A stretch of 64,000 nt of DNA from Cyanophora paradoxa CCMP329 (GCA_004431415.1 QPMI01000521.1:1-64000), one strand, 5' to 3'. Positions 42,839 to 54,779 are shown, counted from the stretch's first letter. Notes: generated by a model from the sequence alone, not told the origin. A program made the numbers and translations.

Positions 42839-43272
42839 CTCGCCACAGTGATGCCTCAAACGTCTCCGACGAGCACGTACCCCTGCCGCGGGACTCAAAA
42901 GCACTCTGGCGCGGCGCAGACGTGGCCGGAGAGGGCTCCAGACTTGGTCGAAGCCGCTCTCGCATCAGCGAAGCTGTCGAAGACTCGAGCCCGGGTGTCA
43001 AGTTTTGAAATCGCGCCGCGGGTTGCACACTGCCTCGGCGACGAAGCCGGTGCGTCCTGTCGCCTTAAATCACCTACAGGAGGCTGCAGCAAGCTCGGAT
43101 GGGCTTCGGATAAGCCTGCGGCTGCGGCCGTCGGCCGCCAACCTTGCCTCAGCCCATCGCCCGCCTTCCACGCCCAGCCGGCTGCACGGCGGTCGCTCTC
43201 TGACCTCGCCTTGCCTCGCAGCTGACCTGAACTAGCCCGGGCCGCGCCCAAGGCCTCGAAGAAGCGAACGCG

Positions 43273-45489
43273 ATGGAAGAAGGCTATCTGGAGCTGGAGA
43301 GCCCCGCCGGGAGCCGCGGGCCGTCCCTCGCGGCGGTCTCCGCGTGGGTGGCGAACTCGCCGCCGGCGGATCGGAGGAGCCCGACGGCTCCAGCGCCGGA
43401 GGTCGAGCGGAGACTCGAAGAGCTGGCCCAAAAATACGGCCTCGCCGAGCGCCGCATCACTTCCGCCATTTCCGGCGCCCCGGGGCGGCCCCTCACCGAA
43501 GAGGAGAGCCTCCGCGCCCAGCTCGACGGTAACGACCACCCGCCCGGCGCCCACAGCGCTCCGCTTCGCCCGCCCGACCGGCGCGCAGAGGAGCGGCTCG
43601 AGGTGGAGCGGCTGAGGGCGGAGCTTGGGTCGCTGCGCGAGGGCGCGTCGGCGCGGCAGTCGCGCGAGGGCGACGCGCAGCGCGAGATCGAGGCCCTCCG
43701 CACCGAGCTCTACGCCGCCAAGGCCCGCGCCGTGCGTGCCCATGTACCCCCTTCCGTCCCCTCGTACCCCTCCGAGCGGCCGGGTTGCGCAGGAGCAAGC
43801 GGAGGCGCGCCGCCGGGCGGTCGAGGAGGAGCTCGACGAGGCCAAGAAGCACGTGCGCGCCGCCCCGCGCGCCCGTACCCCGGGGCCGGCCCGACGCCCG
43901 CGGGGGTACAGGTCGCGAAGGTGCGGGGCCACGTGGACCGGCGGGAGGAGCGGTACCTCGAGCAGGACCAGCGCCTCCGGGTGCGCGGGGGGGTACAGGG
44001 CGAAGTGCCCCCGGGGCCCGAGGCCTGAGGCCTGACCGGAGGGGGGCGCTGCGTTCGTAGGAGACAGAAGACCAGCTGCGCCAGCTCCGCGAGGTGCGAG
44101 AGGGCCAAGTCTTGGAGAAGGGGCTGGCTAGCTGGCTAGCTCGGGCTGGCTCGGGACCGCCGCTCCCGGGCCTAACTCCCCGGCCCCCGGCGCAGCTCTC
44201 GGGGCGGATGCAGGCGGAGTGCCGCGCCCGCGTCGAGCGCGCAGAGGACGAGCGCCTCCGCTTCGAGGTCCGCCGCCTGTACCCCCCCGCCCTCCCCGCC
44301 GAGGGAAAACGGCCCCGCGCGGAGCCGAGCCCGGGCAGAGCGAGGCGAGCGTGCTGCGGACGAAGGTGCGGGAGGTGAAGCGGCAGCTGAAGGTGCAGGC
44401 CGAGGCGAACCGCGACCTCCAGCGCCTCTGGGTCGATCTCCGCGACATCGCCCTCGCCACCGGGGTGCCCCCGTACCCCCCTCCGGCCCGCCCCCCCCGT
44501 CCCCCCGTGACGCCGGGCAGGGCGGGGGCCGGCCGGGGCGGGGGGGCGGGCGCCCTTCCTCCCGGTCCCCGGCCCGGGGCTCCGGCGAGCGGGAGCGGGA
44601 GCGGGGGCGGGGGCGGGACGGGGAGGCGCGCGCCGCCTCGCGCCGCCTCGACGAATCCGAGTTCAGCTGGCAGGTCGGCCCCCCGCGCTTGCAGCGAGCC
44701 TTCCGCGCTGGGAGGAGACTAGCTCTCTATCAAGAAATTTGCCCTCTATCAAGCCCCCTGCGCGCCCGCCGCCCCCCGCCACGCCCCCCAGACCACGAGT
44801 GCTTAACGTGCCAGAGCGCCGTGCGGTTGGGCGAGCAGCCTCCCGCCGACTGGAGACGCCTAGCTTCCTGCAATGATAGCTTTGTTTGTTCCGAGGCCTG
44901 CATCGCTCACGAGCCGTGTACCCAGCTGGAGAAGCAGCGGATGGAGATGGAGGGCCTCAAGCTCTCCCTCATGGAGGAGAACCGCCGCCTCCAGGTGGCC
45001 CCGTACCCCCCAAAGCCCTCGAATCCACGTACCCCCGGGGGCCTCCTCACCCCGCCGCTCGCCCCGCGCAGGAGGAGCTGGCCGCGACGCGGCGCGACAT
45101 GGTGGACCGGCTGTACCCCCCGCCGCAGGTCGAGCGGTCGGGCACGGGCGGCGTGGTCGGTGCGCCCCCTTTCGCTCCTCCGCCCTGCTCTAATCGTACC
45201 CCCGCCCTGCTCTAATCTTACCCCCCTCGACAGCCAAGTGCCGCTTCTGCGGCGATCGCTTTGACGTCGACGAGAACGGATCGGTGCGGGCGGGCCGCGG
45301 CGCTCGAAATCCCCCCCCCCCCCCCCCCCCTCCCTCCCTCTCTCGCTGACGGGTACCCCCCGGGGTGCGCAGTACGCGTGCGGGTACCACCCCGGCCGCC
45401 TCCTGGAGGGCTCCTTCACCTGCTGCGGGGTGCGGCCGATGGCGGGCGGGCCCCCCACGTTCTGTTCCTTCCGGCGCCACGCCGCGTGA
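43273..45489 (+). CDS. Host multi-exon coiled-coil protein with C-terminal Cys/His Zn-binding motif
   Basis: Coiled-coil exons and C-terminal CRFC...CGYHPG...FTCC...C...H. Divergent from lunapark. Confidence 0.55.
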
Positions 45490-46686
45490 ATTCGAATTCA
45501 ATGATTCGAATCCGAACCTTGCGCGTGCAATCGAAGCGCCTCCGCCCCCGCGCCTAGGCCTGCATGCGCAGCTGCGATGCAGTAGCAGTGCGATCTTGCG
45601 AGCCACTGCTGCGCTAGCGCTCTTGTTAGTAAGTTGTTTCAGTCTTAATTCAAGGCTGGATTCGGCCCTGGAAGGCCCTGAAACTTGGCTGGAAGGCTGC
45701 CTTAGGCTGGCGCCGTTACTTCGGAAAAGGAAGGACCCTAGCACTGGCTAGCAGCTGCAGTGGTGCCAGACTGCCACTGGGCCAGTAGATACGGTTATCG
45801 ATGATACCGCCAAGTCGGCGCCAACTCGATTCCTCGTGCGTGTCGTTCGAACCTCCTAGCCTAGTAGGCCCCCCAGGCTTGGCAGGCTAGGCCAGCCTAG
45901 GCGTCATTGCCGCGTCAATGCCGGCGCCCGTCACCGCGTCCAAGCGAGTTGAAGGCTTGAAGCGACGCGCGCGGCGCGCAGCCGCGCGCTAGCGCTGCGC
46001 CGCGGCGCATGCGGGCCTGCGGGGCAGTGCGGGCTGCGGGCCTGCGGCGCGCGTCGACTCCCGGAGTCCGTCGAGTCGTCGACGTCGGACGTCGTCGAGT
46101 CGTCGTCGACTCGTCGACTCGCCGTCGCGCCGACTTGCAGCGCTTGGCGACGAAGTTGGGCCTTACTGTAGAACTAGTTAATTTAGTACAGGAAAATAAT
46201 TAGTACTTCGCCAAAAATGCCATTAAAAAAAATTTTAGCAGCTGGTAAATCTTTATATAATTAGTAGGTCGGTCTTGACACTGTTGACAGGGCTTTCGAA
46301 TGGCGGAGACGGGACTACCCCTATAGCTACAAATTCTCGCGATCGGCTTTAGCAGGCGGGAAATATTTAGTAGATCGATCGCCCAAAAACTTTTACTACT
46401 ATAAATTTATATGCAGCCCACTAAATATTTCTAGCCTAGTGGCCCTAGTATAGCTCTCCAGCTGCAGTAGTTGACGTCGACCGTCGGACTCGCCGTCGAG
46501 CCGACGTCGAACCGTTGAACTTCCCAAATTTTTAAAACATGTACACGTGCACGGTGCACCGTGCACGTGCGTGCGCTGCGCATGCGGTGCGCGGCCGGTG
46601 TTGCAGTGCGCACAGCAGCGCACTGCGCGCGCGCAGCGCACGTACTGCGGCATATGCATGCAGGCTGATGATGCAGCGCTACCCGG

Positions 46687-46928
46687 TACTGTAAACGTAC
46701 GAATTTCCGCCAGCGTTTAATTTCGACTATATTCGCCAGACCCTCGCGCTGTCGAATATTTGACGCTGGCGAATTAAGCCTTTGTATGGAGAGAGGGGTA
46801 CCAGCGGCTGACCTCTCTATGGCGAAGTCGCAGGGTGTCGAAATCAAGACGCTGGCGGACTAATTTTCGACAGGATTTTCGGGTTTTGTCGAATTAAAGT
46901 GCTGGCGGATATTTGTACGTTTACAGTA
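46687..46928. mobile_element. MITE with TA target duplication (Tc1/mariner-pogo type)
   Basis: TA-CTGTAAACGTACGAATTTCCGCCAGC ... GCTGGCGGATATTTGTACGTTTACAG-TA. Confidence 0.82.
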
Positions 46929-47692
46929 GCCGAATGCTTTGTTCCGAAATTAAAGACTCGAAGTCAGCCTGAATGACCCGGAAAGCCCCTCAAGGCCATT
47001 AAGGCGATTCTGTCCCATTCAAACAGAAAAAAGAAAAAGTTGACAAAAATTGGCAAAAAACCACGCGTTGTTCACAACTTCACATCCATGTGTGAGCAGA
47101 AAGATTCTAACTGACGCGAAAGACTCACTTGAAGACAGGCATTGACATGTACAGACAGACTGATGTTCGCATCTTACGTATACGCGTATACGCGTAGGCG
47201 TTGTACATGTGTAAAAGTTGAGGCGTACCCAGACCGGAGCGCTTCTAACAGAAGCAAACAGAAGCGCTGCAGCTGGCGCTAGCTTTAATTTCTGGAGCCT
47301 TGCGCAAGCGCCGCCGGCTGCAGCTGCACTGCTTCTGCAGCCCGCCTCCCTGCAGCTGTTGAAGAGCAAGCAATTGTTCAATTGCAAGACGCATAGAGAT
47401 TCACCACTAGAGAGCGAGCGCGGGTCGCCGCGCCGGCCGTCGACGTCGCTGTCGGCGAGACAGAAAGCGCTGCAGCGACCGTCGGACATTCGGGGCGCCG
47501 AGCGCGGCCGCCTGTCTCGCCGCGCCTGCAAGCCAATGCGTGCGAGCAGCGCTAGCAGTCGACTCGCGGACGTCGGTCACCTCGCGCTTGTCCCAAGCTA
47601 AGGCGGGCCTTCAAAGGCTTCGTTTAGTTTGCTTCTGCAGACGGAGTCGTAACGGTGCGCGTGCCGGCGCCTGGTGTCGTCGCCTGTTGTAT

Positions 47693-47752
47693 ACGCATGG
47701 ACCTCACACCCGGGCAATTCCGCTTCGCTCCATTGCCCCCGATTCCATGCGT
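47693..47752 (-). other. Hairpin with GCGAAGC loop and GGA/GGA mismatch at the inferred left end of element 2
   Basis: - strand GGGCAAT-GGA-GC-GAA-GC-GGA-ATTGCCC (47712-47738) plus an outer 9-bp stem 47693-47701/47744-47752. Confidence 0.6.
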
Positions 47753-48135
47753 TTCCAGTGTATACCTCCAGCCCCTCTTCAGTTAATTCACCTTGTACGT
47801 CTACGAGACTCAAATTCCCAGGTCTACCAGACTCGGGTCGGAGTCTTAACAAAGAAATATCTAACGACTATTCAGGGCAGAGCTGACAACTAGAATAGAC
47901 GAAGAGGAGCGCTGCCCCCTTGAGCGCGGTCTGTAGAACAACGTGGCAGAATAGGCTAGGCGATATTAATGAGTACAGAGAAGCTAAACGAGGAAACGTG
48001 TTAAGCTCTAGCTAGATGTAATTGATGTGTACAGAGAAGCTAAACGAGGAAAAAGCGTTAAGCTATAGCCGCACGTAAGGACGGGCCCCCAGAGCGGTCT
48101 GGTGCGGCCTCTGGAGATGTGTCGATGACTTTACC

Positions 48136-48903
48136 TTTCTTTTGTTTTAATTGTTTTAATTGTTTTAATTCGGAGGGTCAAGTTCCTAAGAAAACTTTGC
48201 GGACGCCGTGACGTGACGCTGTGACGTGGCGAGAAAACGGCGAGATACGTGTCACACAAAAGATCACAAGTTTCAAGTTTAAACTTAACGCTGGCCGGTT
48301 GGACGGTTGACCGGTTGGATGCAGTCGCCTAGTCGGTTCGGAGCTAGAGCGCTCCGGCTAGGACCGCTAGACCCAGAGCTATGACTTTATCAGCCGAGTG
48401 AGCTCTGACTCTCTGAAAATTGATGAAAAGCACAATTAGTTGCGAAATTAACAGGACCGGGTTTGTGGACAAGCTCACGTCCAAACGATGCTTTCATCAC
48501 ATCGATGCGCCCTGCGCTTACGGACGGACCGGGAAAGCGATTCGTACATCATCAGCTAGCTATAACCGCTGCAAGCTAGCGAGGCTGCGCGGTGAGAGCC
48601 TGGAGGTGCACGACCGGGGTTGTGGACAAGCTTGAACTCTGAAAAAGCCTGCAATTGTTGAACTTTGGAAATAGAAAAGTCGCAAGCCCAATTTAATTAT
48701 TTTGCAAGCTCAGCGGTCAGTCGACGAAACAGGTACCGGTTAGATCCGTCAGACTGCAGGCTCAGAAGTTTCTGCCTTTGGAGCTTTTCTTTTGTTTTAA
48801 TTGTTTTAATTGTTTTAATTCGGAGGGTCAAGTTGGCGAGAAAACTTTGCGGACGCCGTGACGTGACGCTGTGACGTGGCGAGATACGTGACACACAAAA
48901 GAT
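48136..48903. repeat. ~120-bp subterminal direct repeat pair (48136-48264, 48786-48903)
   Basis: (TTGTTTTAA)3 followed by GTGACGTGACGCTGTGACGT in both copies. Confidence 0.88.
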
Positions 48904-48905
48904 TG

Positions 48906-48957
48906 GCGCTGATAGTGCGCTGATAGTGCGCTGATAGTGCGCTGATAGTGCGCTGAT
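48906..48957. repeat. 11-bp tandem repeat (GCGCTGATAGT)4+
   Basis: Read directly. Confidence 0.9.
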
Positions 48958-49092
48958 TGCTAGCCGGAGACAGGTCTTGCAGTAAGTTGTATGACTTAAA
49001 GGTTTCTCGCATACATACTAGCAATCAGAGATTGTCTGCGATTAAATCCCAAAAAGTTTTCGGCCATCCAATATTGTAGAGACCTATTCATA

Positions 49093-52000
49093 ATGGACAG
49101 GAACAATCTGAGAGCTGAAATTCGGAGTCTAGCGCAGGAGCTACACAATCTTAGGTACATTAACGGAACATATTTGAACACACTGATGCGACTAGCAGAC
49201 CCACAGAGGGGAACCCACACACAAAATCTTCGAGCTAATCTTTCAACATTGCTTAGACTTAGACAGACGAACCGGCCGCAGCGCCCTTTGTACCAGTCAT
49301 GGATAACAAGTCATTTTGAGAACGAACGCAATGCTCGAATTGAAGCCACGCGAGAGTTTGATGAAATTGTAGAGTATGGGATCTCGAATTTATTTCGCGA
49401 GACAGGTCGAGGTGATACCGTGTTAAATTATACTCACTATGCATATCCGGGGTTGTTATTTACCAAGGATATTTTGGATATTGATCCGACTCCAATACCT
49501 GAGCGGGTTAAAGAGATCACGATTGAGTTTCTGAGAGAGCTGCGAATTCCAGAGAAAATAGGATCAAGCGTCCTAATTCGGTTTCATTTCGATAACTTTC
49601 GCATGTATCGCACTCAACTAGCAACAATCGAAGAGGGCACAATGCAGTCGCTCTTGTCAAATCTGGCTGAAAAGATGGAACAATGGATGCTAGCGCAGCA
49701 GCCATATGAAGACAACGACCTTTGGCCAGTAGTGAAAATAGAGGTGCTCATTGCAGAGAACGCTGCAGGCGCACTTGGAAACGTACCGAAACTCCCATTC
49801 AATGGCAAAGCCCTGACCATGAATAAGATCTACTGTCCGATTTCACCAGAAGACAACTGTGTGCTTGAGTGTTTTGAATATGTGAAGCTAAACCCTGGAA
49901 GAATAAGCCTTGATCGAATTTACAAGCAACTTCAGAGACTGGACTACGGAGGGATTAGAACACAGCTAGGACTGCGGCGAGGAATGATATCAGTTGATGT
50001 GCCAACGATTAATAAGCTGAGCGCTTTTTACAGAATAGACACCAGCGTTTTTGAGTTTTCGCAAGGAAAGTTTAAGCTGCTTTTTGCGACCGATCTAGGA
50101 TTTGAAAAACGTGCTCACCTTTGTATAGTCGATGTGCACTGCTACCTGATTAAGGATAAAAGAACGACTGAGATGGAGAAGTGTAGTGCCTGCGGGAAAA
50201 TGCAGTTCGAACTGGAAAGACACAAGCTAACCTGTCAGTTTTGTGCTAGATGTCGTTGCGCCTACAATCCAATTGAAGATCACACAAACAAATGCGTTGC
50301 CGCCATCAGAAACAAAGGTGTTATTGGAAGAAAGATTACTCCTTGCGAAAAGGAGAGTGAATTTACAGCGATGGATAGCGTGATAGGGGCTGACTTTGAA
50401 ACATTTCCTTGTGATGGCAAGACCCACGTTCCTTATGCTGTTGACACAGACATAATATGCAAGGGCGAAATTGTAGGAACCAAGATGTTTTACGGTCCTG
50501 AAACATTAAATCAATTCATGCAATGGCTGGATGCTTGGGCAGAGAAGACCACAGTAGTATTTTACAACGGTGCTGGTTTTGATCTGATATTCATATACCG
50601 ATGGCTGATTGAGAATCGGCCAGAAAGCCAGGTGAACGTCATGCGCTCCTCGGGCAAGATTAAGAGTATGAAATGGAAGACGTCAGCAGGAGGAGAGTTG
50701 ACGAGTTTTGACCCGTGCCTACATATTCAAGGTTCACTAAAACAGGCTGGAAAGGACTACGGCTGCACGACAATCAAAGGAGACTTTGACCATCGCAAGA
50801 TCAAGACGTGGGCAGACGTTGAGACACACAAGGAGGAATGGGGAGAATATCTTAGAGCCGACGTGCGATCGATGACGGAGCTATACATGAAATATTCGAG
50901 TACGAGCTTTGATCTATTTGGAATAAATGTGAATTCCAAACAAACACTTACAGCTTCATCAATGGCTTTTCAGATTTACCGGCAGCTGTTGAAGACAGAG
51001 CTGCAACTTCCGAAGTATAGTGAAGATCAGGTGTTTCGCAGGGCGATTTACGGAGGTCGCTGTTTACCATTCAAACGCAAGTTTGTCTCGAAGGGTCCAG
51101 ATGATTACTTGGTAGATCTGGATGTGGTCTCTCTATATCCAACCGCTATGTACTTTAACCAGTTTCCTACAGGTAAATTTAAGCTAATCAATGAACCGGA
51201 GGCATTAGAACGTTTTAGAAAGTTCATGTTAAGTCGAAAAATGGAGCAACTGTTCATTGCGAGCATCAGTGCGAAAATTCCTCAGGACCTTGTGCTTTCT
51301 CCGCTACCTCGTCACGAGTCGAATTTGGGCTGGTCGAACCTGAAACCGATCGAGCGCGAGATGTATACATCGGTTGATATCTACAGGGCGATAGCGCTTG
51401 GGGTGGAAATAACAGAAGTTCACGAGGTGTATTTATTTGAAGGCAAGGAGAGAATGTTTAAAGATTACATCGAGAAGTTATACTGTATGAAAGCTCGTTC
51501 AAGGAAGGGCACAGCTCAGTACGCAACAGCAAAGATTCAATTAAATGGTCTTTACGGAAAATTTGCCCAGAGGCCTGTGATCGAAACAACAGAGCTAGTT
51601 TCTAATTACCGCCGATTTAAGGAGCTACAGCGGACGTCTACGATTACAGACATCGAAATTGAGAGTGAAACACGGATGTATGTGACATATGAAGTACCTG
51701 AGAGCAAACGTGATGCTTGTGTGTCGAAGCCCTGTTTTATTGGAGCATTTATTCTGTCCTACAGTCGCGAGATAATGGACAGGTTCCTAGTAAAGATGAA
51801 CTCTTATAAAGACATCGAAGCCATGCCGTTTTACACGGACACGGACTCTCTTGTTGTGCACAGGAAATTTGCAGAGCTGGTGACTGATTGCATGAAGCGG
51901 CCCTACTCTGTGGAGGGAATGGGCGAAGAGGAGGCGAACAGGGTGATCTGCGAGAGCGAACTTGGAAAACTAGATTACGATATCCAGGGACACATTGTGG

Positions 52001-52419
52001 AGGCGTATTTCGTTGGGCCCAAGGTGTACTGTTGTCGGTACGTGAAAGCGAACGGTGAATCGGACGTGCATGTGCGTGCCAAAGGAATACCAAAAAGCTG
52101 GATCGAAGAGAACTGGCTTTCGAATGATCCGGAGATGAGGAAGGGGCACCTCCATTCTCGGGTTGCTTTGGAAGCGTTCAAGCAGATGCTTGAGAGCCGG
52201 TATCAGCCGGAGTGCAAAATAGAGTCTAAACTATCTCGTGTCTTCAAACCGAATGGAAAGCAACGCGAGGAGGGGATAGGTTTTAGTTCAATCATTCAGA
52301 TTCCATTCAGCAGAGTATTAAATAAGACGGAATACACAAAGCGAAAGATAATTTCGGATGACTATTACAGCACAGTTCCTCATGAGTACATCAGCCAAAA
52401 TTCAGGAGGCATACTATGA
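49093..52419 (+). CDS. Protein-primed family B DNA polymerase, intact
   Basis: ExoI ADFET, ExoII YNGAGFD, ExoIII YLRAD; YGGR, LDVVSLYP, KIQLNGLYGKFAQ, YTDTDS, GPKVY, RAKG; N-terminal DNCV...VHC vOTU-like region. Confidence 0.95.
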   Translation: MDRNNLRAEIRSLAQELHNLRYINGTYLNTLMRLADPQRGTHTQNLRANLSTLLRLRQTNRPQRPLYQSWITSHFENERNARIEATREFDEIVEYGISNLFRETGRGDTVLNYTHYAYPGLLFTKDILDIDPTPIPERVKEITIEFLRELRIPEKIGSSVLIRFHFDNFRMYRTQLATIEEGTMQSLLSNLAEKMEQWMLAQQPYEDNDLWPVVKIEVLIAENAAGALGNVPKLPFNGKALTMNKIYCPISPEDNCVLECFEYVKLNPGRISLDRIYKQLQRLDYGGIRTQLGLRRGMISVDVPTINKLSAFYRIDTSVFEFSQGKFKLLFATDLGFEKRAHLCIVDVHCYLIKDKRTTEMEKCSACGKMQFELERHKLTCQFCARCRCAYNPIEDHTNKCVAAIRNKGVIGRKITPCEKESEFTAMDSVIGADFETFPCDGKTHVPYAVDTDIICKGEIVGTKMFYGPETLNQFMQWLDAWAEKTTVVFYNGAGFDLIFIYRWLIENRPESQVNVMRSSGKIKSMKWKTSAGGELTSFDPCLHIQGSLKQAGKDYGCTTIKGDFDHRKIKTWADVETHKEEWGEYLRADVRSMTELYMKYSSTSFDLFGINVNSKQTLTASSMAFQIYRQLLKTELQLPKYSEDQVFRRAIYGGRCLPFKRKFVSKGPDDYLVDLDVVSLYPTAMYFNQFPTGKFKLINEPEALERFRKFMLSRKMEQLFIASISAKIPQDLVLSPLPRHESNLGWSNLKPIEREMYTSVDIYRAIALGVEITEVHEVYLFEGKERMFKDYIEKLYCMKARSRKGTAQYATAKIQLNGLYGKFAQRPVIETTELVSNYRRFKELQRTSTITDIEIESETRMYVTYEVPESKRDACVSKPCFIGAFILSYSREIMDRFLVKMNSYKDIEAMPFYTDTDSLVVHRKFAELVTDCMKRPYSVEGMGEEEANRVICESELGKLDYDIQGHIVEAYFVGPKVYCCRYVKANGESDVHVRAKGIPKSWIEENWLSNDPEMRKGHLHSRVALEAFKQMLESRYQPECKIESKLSRVFKPNGKQREEGIGFSSIIQIPFSRVLNKTEYTKRKIISDDYYSTVPHEYISQNSGGIL

Positions 52420-53518
52420 TCCAGAAATAGGGCTTCAGTCTGCCACACGTATTGCCAAGAAGTTGAAAATACCAGTTTCCAGGGTTAGAGAAGTGCTGGA
52501 GAAATTATCGACAGCGCAAAGATTTGCGAGGCCGCAAAAAGAGAAACCATTCACAAGTATAACATACGACAAAGCAGAGAAATACTACGAGGTGGACCTA
52601 ATCGACGTGACTCCGTACGCTAGAACAAACCGCGGTATTCACTTTATAATGAACGCAGTGGACGTAGTGACTCGGAAAGCCTACAGCATTCCAATGAAGA
52701 ACAAGAGCGAAAGTACACTCCTTTCAACACTACGGAAACTCATAGATAGTTTTCCAGCCAAGCCGGATATTATTCAGACAGATCAGGAGTTTAAAGCTTC
52801 AGCTGGTAGTTTGTTAGAAGCTGAGGGAATTAAGCACAATGCTGTGGAAGCGCATCGACCACAAGCAAACGGCAAAATAGAAAGATTTAATGGAACTTTG
52901 AAGCGAGTTATTGCACGGTATATGGAGGCATATGACACGGATAGGTACATCGACAAGCTGCCCGCTTTCTTGCGCAATTATAATTCGTCAGAGCATAGGT
53001 CGATTGGTACATCGCCAAACGCTGCAGCAGAGAATCCGAAGGAGACAATCGCGCGCAACGATTATCAGCGAGAGATCTACGAGCAGCAACACTACCTGAA
53101 GGAGGTCGAATTTAAAGTAGGAGACCTAGTTCGAGTTAAGCTAACCAGGAGAACCTTCGATAAATCGACAAAGCCAACCTTCTCGAAAGAAGTATTTCGA
53201 ATTGAGTCGATTGGGGGTTTTGGACCCCTTCTAAGATTTAAACTCGCTGGATCGGATACACCAGTGACCTACCAGCAACTTTTAAAGGTCCCAGTAGATT
53301 CAGAGGAACGTCGTGCGGGAAATGCAGCACAGCGGTCACAGCAGCGCAGAAAGAAGGAGCTAAATCTGATGCGAGAGAATTTAGATCGAGTGGACATAGA
53401 AAAAAATAAGAAGCTGCTTCGCCTTCAAAAGCAACTTGCGACAGCTGGAACTGTCAAGTTAAACCCTGGTGGAATATTAGAGAGAACAAAGACCAGAAGG
53501 CTAGTCAAAGAGCTATAA
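52382..53518 (+). CDS. Retroviral-like (rve) DDE integrase, intact
   Basis: YEVDL, IQTDQE, KIERFNGTLK, YNSSEHRSIG, FKVGDLVRV. Confidence 0.93.
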   Translation: MSTSAKIQEAYYDPEIGLQSATRIAKKLKIPVSRVREVLEKLSTAQRFARPQKEKPFTSITYDKAEKYYEVDLIDVTPYARTNRGIHFIMNAVDVVTRKAYSIPMKNKSESTLLSTLRKLIDSFPAKPDIIQTDQEFKASAGSLLEAEGIKHNAVEAHRPQANGKIERFNGTLKRVIARYMEAYDTDRYIDKLPAFLRNYNSSEHRSIGTSPNAAAENPKETIARNDYQREIYEQQHYLKEVEFKVGDLVRVKLTRRTFDKSTKPTFSKEVFRIESIGGFGPLLRFKLAGSDTPVTYQQLLKVPVDSEERRAGNAAQRSQQRRKKELNLMRENLDRVDIEKNKKLLRLQKQLATAGTVKLNPGGILERTKTRRLVKEL

Positions 53519-53780
53519 CAACACATTGTTGGAGGGACTCTAGCAGTGCTAACTTTTCGTAGATTCGATTGCGATAGCGGCGATTGGCCTCTAAATGATT
53601 CTCGCTGTTGTTCTGCTGGTATCTTGAGCTGGCTTCTATGTGTCGTCGGCGAAATTCCGGATCTTCATTGTAACGACGGCGATGGCTCTCTGCACGCTTT
53701 GCCTTTCGTGCAGCAGCGATTTCAGGGGTAACAACAATTGGTTTGCGACCACGCTGTTTAGTTGATGATTCAACATCCAT
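53505..53780 (-). CDS. Small basic putative DNA-binding protein
   Basis: RGRKP...RRRYNEDPEFRRRH. Related to 5916-6143. Confidence 0.6.
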   Translation of the reverse strand: MDVESSTKQRGRKPIVVTPEIAAARKAKRAESHRRRYNEDPEFRRRHIEASSRYQQNNSENHLEANRRYRNRIYEKLALLESLQQCVVIAL

Positions 53781-53889
53781 TTCTTTGGTTTTCTCGTCAC
53801 AAACAATGTGCGAAATCTTTTTATGGCATAAATCGCAGGTTTGTGTTGCGTTAAATTCCGAACATAAAATCCGAGATATAATTCAAAGA

Positions 53890-54174
53890 ATGGAAGCAGA
53901 CAAGCAGCGTTGCTGCGCCGCAGGAACAATTCGATTTGGGAAGTACCGCGGTGAAACTCATCTTAAAGTAGTGTTTAGCGACCCAAAATATGCGGAATGG
54001 TTGTTATCTTGGCCGCATCTTCGTGAGTACGACAAACGTGAATTGCAGCGTGCTTTTGAAATTTGTCAATCAAATGATCTGGCAACAGTAAACGGTATGC
54101 TTGACTTTGCAGAGCGAGAGAGGAAACCAACTGTAGAGGATCTTCCGGATTTGCCCGATTTTGATTTGCCTTAA
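53890..54174 (+). CDS. Small protein with DUF3820/ExoX-C-terminal-like FGKYRG motif
   Basis: IRFGKYRG...DPKYAEWL. Confidence 0.55.
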   Translation: MEADKQRCCAAGTIRFGKYRGETHLKVVFSDPKYAEWLLSWPHLREYDKRELQRAFEICQSNDLATVNGMLDFAERERKPTVEDLPDLPDFDLP

Positions 54175-54203
54175 AGAGATCTCAATCTCAGATTGTAAAG
54201 AAG

Positions 54204-54779
54204 ATGGAGGTCACAATTCCAGAGGTTCCTGAAGATGTGGCTTTGATACCAATTACTGGACGTAGGAATGGCAGAAACGGAATTGTTGTCGCTTATGCAC
54301 TAGTTAGTCAGGATGATGCTCAACGTGTTCTTGGATTCCGCTGGAGTTTACATAATTCTGGATATGCTCGAACCATTATCAATCATAAGTGTGTGTTCTT
54401 GCATAACTTCATCAGCGGTGAGTTAGAGAACGGATTGACTGTCGATCATATAAATCTGAACAAGCTTGATAACCGCCGCGAGAATCTGCGTTTAGCAACA
54501 CAGCGGCAGCAGAATTTGAATCGTGGCCAGCAGCGCAATAACACATCAGGATTCATAGGTGTTACTTTCCATCAGCGAGATGGTAAATGGCAGGCGGAAT
54601 ATCGGATAAATGGTCGCAAAAAGCACATCGGATACTTTTCCACTGCTGAAGCTGCAGCAAGAGCCCGTGATGCTTACGTTCTAGAACATACTTCAGATGC
54701 AGATAAGCCGTTCTTGCGTCTGAATTTCACAGACGAATCCTTCTCCCACCCATCGCATTCTTCATCTGTGAGCTCGTAG
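54204..54779 (+). CDS. HNH-AP2 homing endonuclease
   Basis: VDHINLNKLDNRRENLR plus SGFIGV...KWQA...HIGYFSTAEAAARARD. Confidence 0.92.
   Translation: MEVTIPEVPEDVALIPITGRRNGRNGIVVAYALVSQDDAQRVLGFRWSLHNSGYARTIINHKCVFLHNFISGELENGLTVDHINLNKLDNRRENLRLATQRQQNLNRGQQRNNTSGFIGVTFHQRDGKWQAEYRINGRKKHIGYFSTAEAAARARDAYVLEHTSDADKPFLRLNFTDESFSHPSHSSSVSS

Noticed and set aside
26998-45751. Many long Arg/Pro/Ala/Gly-rich ORFs in the track
   Set aside because: These are shadow ORFs from very high GC content. The real genes are spliced.
46163-46470. Possible second decayed MITE starting TACTGTAGAACTAG
   Set aside because: The matching right TIR is too degenerate to support.
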